Shown here piece after piece: positions 1 through 12,222 of a DNA stretch of 64,000 bases. Every line of letters starts with the position of its first letter. Position 1 is the stretch's first letter. Source of the stretch: Eledone cirrhosa. Taxonomy: Eukaryota. The position numbers and the translations under genes are program-made. The DNA lies in assembly GCA_964016885.1 (NCBI GenBank), contig OZ024741.1:37014001-37078000 (forward strand), given 5' to 3'. A model generated the notes under the pieces. That model was given only the letters and a program-made list of their open reading frames with translations, did not search any database and was not told where the DNA came from.

Positions 1-997
1 TAACACTACTACCACCACAACAACACCACCAAGACTACTAAGAACAATTACCACTACTACCACCACAACAACACCACCAACACTACTAAGAACAACTAAC
101 ACTACTACCACCACAACAACACCACCACTACTACCACCACATCTACAACAACAACACCAAGACAACTAAGAACAACTACCACTACTACCACCACAACAAC
201 ACCAACAAGACTACTAAGAACAAATACCACTACTACCACCACAACAACACCACCAAGACTACTAAGAACAACTACCACTACTACCACCACAACAACACCA
301 CCAAGACTACTAAGAACAATTACCATAACTACCACCACTACTACCATCACAACAACACCTCCAAGACTACTAAGAACAACCACCACTACTACCACCACAA
401 AACACCACCAAGACAACTAAGAACAACCATCACTACTACCACCACAACAACACCACCAAGACTACTACGAACAACCACCACTACTACCACCACAACAACA
501 CCACCAAGACTACTAAGAACAACTACCACTACTACCACCACAACAACACCACCAAGACTACTAAGAACAACACCAACTACTACCACCACAACAACACCAC
601 CAAGACTACTAAGAACAACTAACACTACTACCACCACAACAACACCACCAAGACTACTAAGAACAACTACCACTACTACCACCACAACAACACCACCAAG
701 ACTACTAAGAACAATTACCACTACTACCACCACAACAACACCACCAAGACTACCAAGAAAAACTACCACTACTACCACCACAACAACACCACCAGGACTA
801 CTAAGAACAATTACCATAACTACCACCACAACACCACCACCAAGACTACTAAGAACAACCACCACTACTACCTCCACAACAACACCACCAAGACTACTAA
901 GAACAACTACCACTACTACCACCACAACAACACCACTACGACTACTAAGAACAACTAACACTACAACCACCACAACAACACCACCACTACTAGTAAG
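1..997 (-). repeat. Inverted block of the 48-bp satellite (copy 1, truncated by window start)
   Basis: C/A-rich strand on +; switches orientation at ...CCACTACTAGTAAG|AGTCTTGG (about 997/998). Confidence 0.95.
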
Positions 998-3900
998 AGT
1001 CTTGGTGGTGTTGTTGTGGTGGTAGTAGTGTTAGTTGTTCTTAGTAGTCTTGGTGGTGTTGTTGTGGTGGTAGTAGTGGTAGTTGTTCTTACTAGTCTTG
1101 GTGGTGTTGTTGTGGTGGTAGTAGTGGTAGTTGTTCTTAGTAGTCTTGGTGGTGTTTTGTGGTGGTAGTAGTGGTGGTTGTTCGTAGTAGTCTTGGTGGT
1201 GTTGTTGTGGTGGTAGTAGTGATGGTTGTTCTTAGTAGTCTTGGTGGTGTTTTGTGGTGGTAGTAGTGGTACTTGTTCTTAGTAGTCTTGGTGGTGTTGT
1301 TGTGGTGGTAGTAGTGGTAGTTGTTCTTACTAGTCTTGGTGGTGTTGTTGTGGTGGTAGTAGTGGTAGTTGTTCTTAGTAGTCTTGGTGGTGTTGTTGTG
1401 GTGTAGTAGTGGTAATTGTTCTTAGTAGTCTTGGTGGTGTTGTTGTGGTGGTAGTAGTGTTAGTTGTTCTTAGTAGTGTTGGTGGTGTTGTTGTGGTGGT
1501 AGTAGTGGTAATTGTTCTTAGTAGTCTTGGTGGTGTTGTTGTGGTGGTAGTAGTGTTAGTTGTTCTTAGTAGTCTTGGTGGTGTTGTTGTGGTGGTAGTA
1601 GTGTTAGTTGTTCTTAGTAGTCTTGGTGGTGGTGTTGTGGTGGTAGTAGTGTTAGTTGTTCTTAGTAGTGTTGGTGGTGTTGTTGTGGTGGTAGTAGTGG
1701 TAATTGTTCTTAGTAGTCTTGGTGTTGTTGTTGTAGATGTGGTGGTAGTAGTGGTAGTTGTTCTTCGTAGTCTTGGTGGTGGTGTTGTGGTGGTAGTAGT
1801 GGTGGTTGTTCTTAGTACTCTTGGTGGTGTTGTTGTTGTGGTGGTAGTAGTGGTAGTTGTTCTTAGCAGTCTTGGTGGTGTTGTTGTGGTGGTAGTAGTG
1901 GTAGTTGTTCTTAGTAGTCTTAGTGGTGTTGTTGTGGTGGTAGTAGTGGTAGTTGTTCTTAGTAGTCTTGGTGGTGTTGTTGTGGTGGTAGTAGTGGTAT
2001 TTGTTCTTGGTAGTCTTGGTGGTGTTGTTGTGGTGGTAGTAGTGGTAGTTGTTCTTAGTAGTCTTGGTGGTGTTGTTGTGGTGGTAGTAGTGGTAGTTGT
2101 TCTTAGTAGTCTTGGTGGTGTTGTTGTGGTGGTAGTAGTGTTAGTTGTTCTTAGTAGTCTTGGTTGTGTTGTTGTGGTGGTAGTAGTTGGTGTTGTTCTT
2201 AGTAGTCTTGGTGGTGTTGTTGTGGTGGTAGTAGTGGTAGTTGTTCTTAGTAGTCTTGGTGGTGTTGTTGTGGTGGTAGTAGTGGTGGTTGTTCGTAGTA
2301 GTCTTGGTGGTGTTGTTGTGGTGGTAGTAGTGATGGTTGTTCTTAGTAGTCTTGGTGGTGTTTTGTGGTGGTAGTAGTGGTAGTTGTTCTTAGTAGTCTT
2401 GGTGGTGTTGTTGTGGTGGTAGTAGTGGTAGTTGTTCTTACTAGTCTTGGTGGTGTTGTTGTGGTGGTAGTAGTGGTAGTTGTTCTTAGTAGTCTTGGTG
2501 GTGTTGTTGTGGTGGTAGTAGTGGTAGTTGTTCTTACTAGTCTTGGTGGTGTTGTTGTGGTGGTTGTAGTGTTAGTTGTTCTTAGTAGTCTTGGTGGTGT
2601 TGTGGTGGTGGTAGTAGTGGTAGTTGTTCTTGGTAGTCTTGGTGGTGTTGTTGTGGTGGTAGTAGTGGCAGTTGTTCTTACTAGTCGTGGTGGTGTTGTT
2701 GTGGTGGTTGTAGTGTTAGTTGTTCTTAGTAGTCGTAGTGGTGTTGTTGTGGTGTTAGTAGTGGTAGTTGTTCGTAGTAGTCTTGGTGGTGTTGTTGTGG
2801 AGGTAGTAGTGGTGGTTGTTCTTAGTAGTCTTGGTGGTGGTGTTGTGGTGGTAGTTATGGTAATTGTTCTTAGTAGTCCTGGTGGTGTTGTTGTGGTGGT
2901 AGTAGTGGTAGTTTTTCTTGGTAGTCTTGGTGGTGTTGTTGTGGTGGTAGTAGTGGTAGTTGTTCTTAGTAGTCTTGGTGGTGTTGTTGTGGTGGTAGTA
3001 GTGGTAATTGTTCTTAGTAGTCTTGGTGGTGTTGTTGTGGTGGTAGTAGTGTTAGTTGTTCTTAGTAGTGTTGGTGGTGTTGTTGTGGTGGTAGTAGTGG
3101 TAATTGTTCTTAGTAGTCTTGGTGGTGTTGTTGTGGTGGTAGTAGTGTTAGTTGTTCTTAGTAGTCTTGGTGGTGTTGTTGTGGTGGTAGTAGTGTTAGT
3201 TGTTCTTAGTAGTCTTGGTGGTGGTGTTGTGGTGGTAGTAGTGTTAGTTGTTCTTAGTAGTGTTGGTGGTGTTGTTGTAGATGTGGTGGTAGTAGTGGTA
3301 GTTGTTCTTCGTAGTCTTGGTGGTGGTGTTGTGGTGGTAGTAGTGGTGGTTGTTCTTAGTACTCTTGGTGGTGTTGTTGTTGTGGTGGTAGTAGTGGTAG
3401 TTGTTCTTAGCAGTCTTGGTGGTGTTGTTGTGGTGGTAGTAGTGGTAGTTGTTCTTAGTAGTCTTAGTGGTGTTGTTGTGGTGGTAGTAGTGGTAGTTGT
3501 TCTTAGTAGTCTTGGTGGTGTTGTTGTGGTGGTAGTAGTGGTATTTGTTCTTAGTAGTCTTGTTGGTGTTGTTGTGGTGGTAGTAGTGGTAGTTGTTCTT
3601 AGTTGTCTTGGTGTTGTTGTTGTAGATGTGGTGGTAGTAGTGGTAGTTGTTCTTAGTAGTCTTGGTGGTGGTGTTGTGGTGGTAGTAGTGGTGGTTGTTC
3701 TTAGTACTCTTGGTGGTGTTGTTGTTGTGGTGGTAGTAGTGGTAGTTGTTCTTAGTAGTCTTGGTGGTGTTGTTGTGGTGGTAGTAGTGGTAGTTGTTCT
3801 TACTAGTCTTAGTGGTGTTGTTGTGGTGGTAGTAGTGGTAGTTGTTCTTAGTAGTCTTGGTGGTGTTGTTGTGGTGGTAGTAGTGGTAGTTGTTCTTAGT

Positions 3901-6900
3901 AGTCTTGTTGGTGTTGTTGTGGTGGTAGTAGTGGTAGTTGTTCTTAGTAGTCTTGGTGGTGTTGTTGTGGTGGTAGTAGTGGTGGTTGTTCGTAGTAGTC
4001 TTGGTGGTGTTGTTGTGGTGGTAGTAGTGATGGTTGTTCTTAGTAGTCTTGGTGGTGTTTTGTGGTGGTAGTAGTGGTAGTTGTTCTTAGTAGTCTTGGT
4101 GGTGTTGTTGTGGTGGTAGTAGTGGTAGTTGTTCTTACTAGTCTTGGTGGTGTTGTTGTGGTGGTAGTAGTTGGTGTTGTTCTTAGTAGTCTTGGTGGTG
4201 TTGTTGTGGTGGTAGTAGTGGTAGTTGTTCTTAGTAGTCTTGGTGGTGTTGTTGTGGTGGTAGTAGTGGTGGTTGTTCGTAGTAGTCTTGGTGGTGTTGT
4301 TGTGGTGGTAGTAGTGATGGTTGTTCTTAGTTGTCTTGGTGGTGTTGTTGTGGTGGTTGTAGTGTTAGTTGTTCTTAGTAGTCTTGGTGGTGTTGTGGTG
4401 GTGGTAGTAGTGGTAGTTGTTCTTGGTAGTCTTGGTGGTGTTGTTGTGGTGGTAGTAGTGGCAGTTGTTCTTACTAGTCGTGGTGGTGTTGTTGTGGTGG
4501 TTGTAGTGTTAGTTGTTCTTAGTAGTCGTAGTGGTGTTGTTGTGGTGGTAGTAGTGGTAGTTGTTCTTAGTAGTCTTGGTGGTGTTGTTGTGGAGGTAGT
4601 AGTGGTGGTTGTTCTTAGTAGTCTTGGTGGTGGTGTTGTGGTGGTAGTTATGGTAATTGTTCTTAGTGGTCCTGGTTGTGTTGTTGTGGTGGTAGTAGTG
4701 GTAGTTTTTCTTGGTAGTCTTGGTGGTGTTGTTGTGGTGGTAGTAGTGGTAGTTGTTCTTAGTAGTCTTGGTGGTGTTGTTGTGGTGGTAGTAGTGGTAG
4801 TTGTTCTTAGTAGTCTTGGTGGTGTTGTTGTGGTGGTAGTAGTGTTAGTTGTTCTTAGTAGTCTTGGTGGTGTTGTTGTGGTGGTAGTAGTTGGTGTTGT
4901 TCTTATTAGTCTTGGTGGTGTTGTTGTGGTGGTAGTAGTGGTAGTTGTTCTTAGTAGTCTTGGTGGTGTTGTTGTGGTGGTAGTAGTGGTGGTTGTTCGT
5001 AGTAGTCTTGGTGGTGTTGTTGTGGTGGTAGTAGTGATGGTTGTTCTTAGTAGTCTTGGTGGTGTTTTGTGGTGGTAGTAGTGGTAGTTGTTCTTAGTAG
5101 TCTTGGTGGTGTTGTTGTGGTGGTAGTAGTGGTAGTTGTTCTTACTAGTCTTGGTGGTGTTGTTGTGGTGGTAGTAGTGGTAGTTGTTCTTAGTAGTCTT
5201 GGTGGTGTTGTTGTGGTGGTAGTAGTGGTAGTTGTTCTTACTAGTCTTGGTGGTGTTGTTGTGGTGGTTGTAGTGTTAGTTGTTCTTAGTAGTCTTGGTG
5301 GTGTTGTGGTGGTGGTAGTAGTGGTAGTTGTTCTTGGTAGTCTTGGTGGTGTTGTTGTGGTGGTAGTAGTGGCAATTGTTCTTACTAGTCGTGGTGGTGT
5401 TGTTGTGGTGGTTGTAGTGTTAGTTGTTCTTAGTAGTCGTAGTGGTGTTGTTGTGGTGGTAGTAGTGGTAGTTGTTCTTAGTAGTCTTGGTGGTGTTGTT
5501 GTGGAGGTAGTAGTGGTGGTTGTTCTTAGTAGTCTTGGTGGTGGTGTTGTGGTGGTAGTTATGGTAATTGTTCTTAGTAGTCCTGGTGGTGTTGTTGTAG
5601 TGGTAGTAGTGGTAGTTTTTCTTGGTAGTCTTGGTGGTGTTGTTGTGGTGGTAGTAGTGGTAGTTGTTCTTAGTAGTCTTGGTGGTGTTGTTGTGGTGGC
5701 AGTAGTGGTAGTTGTTCTTAGTAGTCTTGGTGGTGTTGTTGTGGTGGTAGTAGTGTTAGTTGTTCTTAGTAGTCTTGGTGGTGTTGTTGTGGTGGTAGTA
5801 GTTGGTGTTGTTCTTAGTAGTCTTGGTGGTGTTGTTGTGGTGGTAGTAGTGGTAGTTGTTCTTAGTAGTCTTGGTGGTGTTGTTGTGGTGGTAGTAGTGG
5901 TGGTTGTTCGTAGTAGTCTTGGTGGTGTTGTTGTGGTGGTAGTAGTGGTGGTTGTTCTTAGTAGTCTTGGTGGTGTTGTTGTGGTGGTAGTAGTGGTGGT
6001 TGTTCTTAGTAGTCTTGGTGGTGTTGTTGTGGTGGCAGTAGTGGTGGTTGTTCTTAGTAGTCTTGGGGGTGGTTTGTGGTGGTAGTAGTGGTAGTTGTTC
6101 TTAGTAGTCTTGGTGGTGTTTTGTGGTGGTAGTAGTGGTAGTTGTTCTTAGTAGTCTTGGTGGTGTTGTTGGGGTGGTAGTAGTGGTGGTTGTTCTTAGT
6201 AGTCTTGGTGGTGTTTTGTAGTGGTAGTAGTGGTGGTTGTTCTTAGTAGTCTTGGAGGTGTTGTTGTGGTGGTAGTAGTGGTGGTAGTTATGGTAATTGT
6301 TCTTAGTAGTCTTGGTGGTGTTGTTGTGGTGGTAGTAGTGTTAGTTGTTCTTAGTAGTCTTGGTGGTGTTGTTGTGGTGGTAGTAGTGGTAGTTGTTCTT
6401 AATAGTCTTGGTGGTGTTTTGTGGTGGTAGTAGTGGTGGTTGTTCTTAGTAGTCTTGGTGGTGGTGTTGTGGTGGTAGTTATGGTAATTGTTCTTAGTAA
6501 TCTTGCTGGTGTTGTTGTGGTGGTAGTAGTGTTAGTTGTTGTTAGTAGTCTTGGTGGTGTTGTTGTGGTGGTAGTAGTGGTAGTTGTTCTTAGTAGTCTT
6601 GGTGGTGTTTTGTGGTGGTAGTAGTTGTGGTTGTTCTTAGTAGTCTTGGTGATGTTGTTGTGGTGGTAGTAGTGGTAGTTGTTCTTAGTAGTCTTAGTGG
6701 TGCCGTTGTTGTTGTTGTGGTGGTAGTAGTGGTAGTTTTTCTTAGTTGTCCTGGTGGTGGTGTTGTGGTGGTAGTAGTGTTATTTGTTCTTAGTAGTCTT
6801 GGTGGTGGTGTTGTGGTGGTAGTAGTGGTAGTTGTTCTTAGTAGTCTTGGTGGTGGTGTTGTGGTGGTAGTAGTGGTGGTTGTTCTTAGTAGTCTTGGTG

Positions 6901-9900
6901 GTGTTGTTGTAGTTGTGGTGGTAGTAGTGGTAGTTGTTCTTAGTAGTCCCGGTGGTGTTGTTGTAGTTGTTGTGGTTGTAGTAGTGGTTGTTGTTCTTAG
7001 TAGTCTTGGTGGTGGTGTTTTTGTTGTTGTGGTGGTAGTAGTTTTAGTTGTTCTTAGTAGTCTTGGTGGTGTTGTTGTGGTGGTAGTAGTTTTAGTTGTT
7101 CTTAGTAGTCTTGGTGGTGTTGTTGTGGTGGTAGTAGTGTTAGTTGTTCTTAGTAGTCTTGGTGGTGTTGTTGTGGTGGTAGTAGTGGTAGTTGTTCTTA
7201 GTAGTCTTGGTGGTGTTGTTGTGATGGTAGTAGTGGTAATTGTTCTTAGTAGTCTTGGTGGTGTTGTTGTGGTGGTAGTAGTGTTAGTTGTTCTTAGTAG
7301 TGTTGGTGGTGTTGTTGTGGTGGTAGTAGTGGTAATTGTTCTTAGTAGTCTTGGTGGTGTTGTTGTGGTGGTAGTAGTGTTAGTTGTTCTTAGTAGTCTT
7401 GGTGGTGTTGTTGTGGTGGTAGTAGTGTTAGTTGTTCTTAGTAGTCTTGGTGGTGGTGTTGTGGTGGTAGTAGTGTTAGTTGTTCTTAGTAGTGTTGGTG
7501 GTGTTGTTGTGGTGGTAGTAGTGGTAATTGTTCTTAGTAGTCTTGGTGTTGTTGTTGTAGATGTGGTGGTAGTAGTGGTAGTTGTTCTTCGTAGTCTTGG
7601 TGGTGGTGTTGTGGTGGTAGTAGTGGTGGTTGTTCTTAGTACTCTTGGTGGTGTTGTTGTTGTGGTGGTAGTAGTGGTAGTTGTTCTTAGCAGTCTTGGT
7701 GGTGTTGTTGTGGTGGTAGTAGTGGTAGTTGTTCTTAGTAGTCTTGGTGGTGTTGTTGTGGTGGTAGTAGTGGTAGTTGTTCTTAGTAGTCTTGGTGGTG
7801 TTGTTGTGGTGGTAGTAGTGGTATTTGTTCTTAGTAGTCTTGTTGGTGTTGTTGTGGTGGTAGTAGTGGTAGTTGTTCTTAGTAGTCTTGGTGGTGTTGT
7901 TGTGGTGGTAGTAGTGGTGGTTGTTCGTAGTAGTCTTGGTGGTGTTGTTGTGGTGGTAGTAGTGATGGTTGTTCTTAGTAGTCTTGGTGGTGTTTTGTGG
8001 TGGTAGTAGTGGTAGTTGTTCTTAGTAGTCTTGGTGGTGTTGTTGTGGTGGTAGTAGTGGTAGTTGTTCTTACTAGTCTTGGTGGTGTTGTTGTGGTGGT
8101 AGTAGTTGGTGTTGTTCTTAGTAGTCTTGGTGGTGTTGTTGTGGTGGTAGTAGTGGTGGTTGTTCGTAGTAGTCTTGGTGGTGTTGTTGTGGTGGTAGTA
8201 GTGATGGTTGTTCTTAGTTGTCTTGGTGGTGTTTTGTGGTGGTAGTAGTGGTGGTTGTTCTTAGTAGTCTTGGAGGTGTTGTTGTGGTGGTAGTAGTGGT
8301 GGTAGTTATGGTAATTGTTCTTAGTAGTCTTGGTGGTGTTGTTGTGGTGGTAGTAGTGGTAGTTGTTCTTAGTAGTCTTGGTGGTGTTGTTGTGGTGGTA
8401 GTAGTGGTAGTTGTTCTTAGTAGTCTTGGTGGTGTTGTTGTGGTGGTAGTAGTGATGGTTGTTCTTAGTTGTCTTGGTGGTGTTTTGTGGTGGTAGTAGT
8501 GGTGGTTGTTCTTAGTAGTCTTGGAGGTGTTGTTGTGGTGGTAGTAGTGGTGGTAGTTATGGTAATTGTTCTTAGTAGTCTTGGTGGTGTTGTTGTGGTG
8601 GTAGTAGTGTTAGTTGTTCTTAGTAGTCTTGGTGGTGTTGTTGTGGTGGTAGTAGTGGTAGTTGTTCTTAGTAGTCTTGGTGGTGTTTTGTGGTGGTAGT
8701 AGTGGTGGTTGTTCTTAGTAGTCTTGGTGATGTTGTTGTGGTGGTAGTAGTGGTAGTTGTTCTTAGTAGTCTTAGTGGTGCCGTTGTTGTTGTTGTGGTG
8801 GTAGTAGTGGTAGTTTTTCTTAGTTGTCCTGGTGGTGGTGTTGTGGTGGTAGTAGTGTTATTTGTTCTTAGTAGTCTTGGTGGTGGTGTTGTGGTGGTAG
8901 TAGTGGTAGTTGTTCTTAGTAGTCTTGGTGGTGGTGTTGTGGTGGTAGTAGTGGTGGTTGTTCTTAGTAGTCTTGGTGGTGTTGTTGTAGTTGTGGTGGT
9001 AGTAGTGGTAGTTGTTCTTAGTAGTCCCGGTGGTGTTGTTGTAGTTGTTGTGGTTGTAGTAGTGGTTGTTGTTCTTAGTAGTATTGGTGGTGGTGTTTTT
9101 GTTGTTGTGGTGGTAGTAGTTTTAGTTGTTCTTAGTAGTCTTGGTGGTGTTGTTGTGGTGGTAGTAGTTTTAGTTGTTCTTAGTAGTCTTGGTGGTGTTG
9201 TTGTGGTGGTAGTAGTGTTAGTTGTTCTTAGTAGTCTTGGTGGTGTTGTTGTGGTGGTAGTAGTGGTAGTTGTTCTTAGTAGTCTTGGTGGTGTTGTTGT
9301 GGTGTAGTAGTGGTAATTGTTCTTAGTAGTCTTGGTGGTGTTGTTGTGGTGGTAGTAGTGTTAGTTGTTCTTAGTAGTGTTGGTGGTGTTGTTGTGGTGG
9401 TAGTAGTGGTAATTGTTCTTAGTAGTCTTGGTGGTGTTGTTGTGGTGGTAGTAGTGTTAGTTGTTCTTAGTAGTCTTGGTGGTGTTGTTGTGGTGGTAGT
9501 AGTGTTAGTTGTTCTTAGTAGTCTTGGTGGTGGTGTTGTGGTGGTAGTAGTGTTAGTTGTTCTTAGTAGTGTTGGTGGTGTTGTTGTGGTGGTAGTAGTG
9601 GTAATTGTTCTTAGTAGTCTTGGTGTTGTTGTTGTAGATGTGGTGGTAGTAGTGGTAGTTGTTCTTAGTAGTCTTGGTGGTGGTGTTGTGGTGGTAGTAG
9701 TGGTGGTTGTTCTTAGTACTCTTGGTGGTGTTGTTGTTGTGGTGGTAGTAGTGGTAGTTGTTCTTAGCAGTCTTGGTGGTGTTGTTGTGGTGGTAGTAGT
9801 GGTAGTTGTTCTTAGTAGTCTTAGTGGTGTTGTTGTGGTGGTAGTAGTGGTAGTTGTTCTTAGTAGTCTTGGTGGTGTTGTTGTGGTGGTAGTAGTGGTA

Positions 9901-11024
9901 TTTGTTCTTAGTAGTCTTGTTGGTGTTGTTGTGGTGGTAGTAGTGGTAGTTGTTCTTAGTTGTCTTGGTGTTGTTGTTGTAGATGTGGTGGTAGTAGTGG
10001 TAGTTGTTCTTAGTAGTCTTGGTGGTGGTGTTGTGGTGGTAGTAGTGGTGGTTGTTCTTAGTACTCTTGGTGGTGTTGTTGTTGTGGTGGTAGTAGTGGT
10101 AGTTGTTCTTAGTAGTCTTGGTGGTGTTGTTGTGGTGGTAGTAGTGGTAGTTGTTCTTACTAGTCTTGGTGGTGTTGTTGTGGTGGTAGTAGTGGTAATT
10201 GTTCTTAGTAGTCTTGGTGGTGTTGTTGTGGTGGTAGTAGTGTTAGTTGTTCTTAGTAGTGTTGGTGGTGTTGTTGTGGTGGTAGTAGTGGTAATTGTTC
10301 TTAGTAGTCTTGGTGGTGTTGTGGTGGTGGTAGTAGTGGTAGTTGTTCTTGGTAGTCTTGGTGGTGTTGTGGTGGTGGTAGTAGTGTTAGTTGTTCTTAG
10401 TAGTCTTGGTGGTGGTGTTGTGGTGGTAGTAGTGTTAGTTGTTCTTAGTAGTCGTAGTGGTGTTGTTGTGGTGGTAGTAGTGGTAGTTGTTCTTAGTAGT
10501 CTTGGTGGTGTTGTTGTGGAGGTAGTAGTGGTGGTTGTTCTTAGTAGTCTTGGTGGTGGTGTTGTGGTGGTAGTTATGGTAATTGTTCTTAGTAGTCCTG
10601 GTGGTGTTGTTGTGGTGGTAGTAGTGGTAGTTTTTCTTGGTAGTTTGGTGGTGTTGTTGTGGTGGTAGTAGTGGTAGTTGTTCTTAGTAGTCTTGGTGGT
10701 GTTGTTGTGGTGGTAGTAGTGGTAGTTGTTCTTAGTAGTCTTGGTGGTGTTGTTGTGGTGGTAGTAGTGTTAGTTGTTCTTAGTAGTCTTGGTGGTGTTG
10801 TTGTGGTGGTAGTAGTTGGTGTTGTTCTTAGTAGTTTTGGTGGTGTTGTTGTGGTGGTAGTAGTGGTAGTTGTTCTTAGTAGTCTTGGTGGTGTTGTTGT
10901 GGTGGTAGTAGTGGTGGTTGTTCGTAGTAGTCTTGGTGGTGTTGTTGTGGTGGTAGTAGTGATGGTTGTTCTTAGTAGTCTTGGTGGTGTTTTGTGGTGG
11001 TAGTAGTGGTAGTTGTTCTTACTA

Positions 11025-12222
11025 CAAGAACAATTACCATAACTACCACCACAACACCACCACCAAGACTACTAAGAACAACCACCACTACTACCACCAC
11101 AAAACACCACCAAGACTATTAAGAACAACTACCACTACTACCACCACAACAACACCACCAAGACTACTAAGAACAACTAACACTACTACCACCACAACAA
11201 CACCACCAAGACTACTAAGAACAACTAACACTACTACCACCACAACAACACCACCAAGACTACTAAGAACAATTACCACTACTACCACCACAACAACACC
11301 ACCAACACTACTAAGAACAACTAACACTACTACCACCACAACAACACCACCACTACTACCACCACATCTACAACAACAACACCAAGACAACTAAGAACAA
11401 CTACCACTACTACCACCACAACAACACCAACAAGACTACTAAGAACAAATACCACTACTACCACCACAACAACACCACCAAGACTACTAAGAACAACTAC
11501 CACTACTACCACCACAACAACACCACCAAGACTACTAAGAACAATTACCATAACTACCACCACTACTACCACCACAACAACACCTCCAAGACTACTAAGA
11601 ACAACCACCACTACTACCACCACAAAACACCACCAAGACAACTAAGAACAACCATCACTACTACCACCACAACAACACCACCAAGACTACTACGAACAAC
11701 CACCACTACTACCACCACAACAACACCACCAAGACTACTAAGAACAAATACCACTACTACCACCACAACAACACCACCAAGACTACTAAGAACAACACCA
11801 ACTACTACCACCACAACAACACCACCAAGACTACTAAGAACAACTAACACTACTACCACCACAACAACACCACCAAGACTACTAAGAACAACTACCACTA
11901 CTACCACCACAACAACACCACCAAGACTACTAAGAACAACTACCACTACTACCACCACAACAACACCACCAAGACTACCAAGAAAAACTACCACTACTAC
12001 CACCACAACAACACCACCAGGACTACTAAGAACAATTACCATAACTACCACCACAACACCACCACCAAGACTACTAAGAACAACCACCACTACTACCTCC
12101 ACAACAACACCACCAAGACTACTAAGAACAACTACCACTACTACCACCACAACAACACCACTACGACTACTAAGAACAACTAACACTACAACCACCACAA
12201 CAACACCACCACTACTAGTAAG
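11025..12222 (-). repeat. Inverted block of the 48-bp satellite (copy 2, ~1.2 kb)
   Basis: Junctions CTTACTA|CAAGAAC (about 11024) and TAGTAAG|AGTCTT (about 12222). Sequence from 11226 matches position 1 onward. Confidence 0.95.
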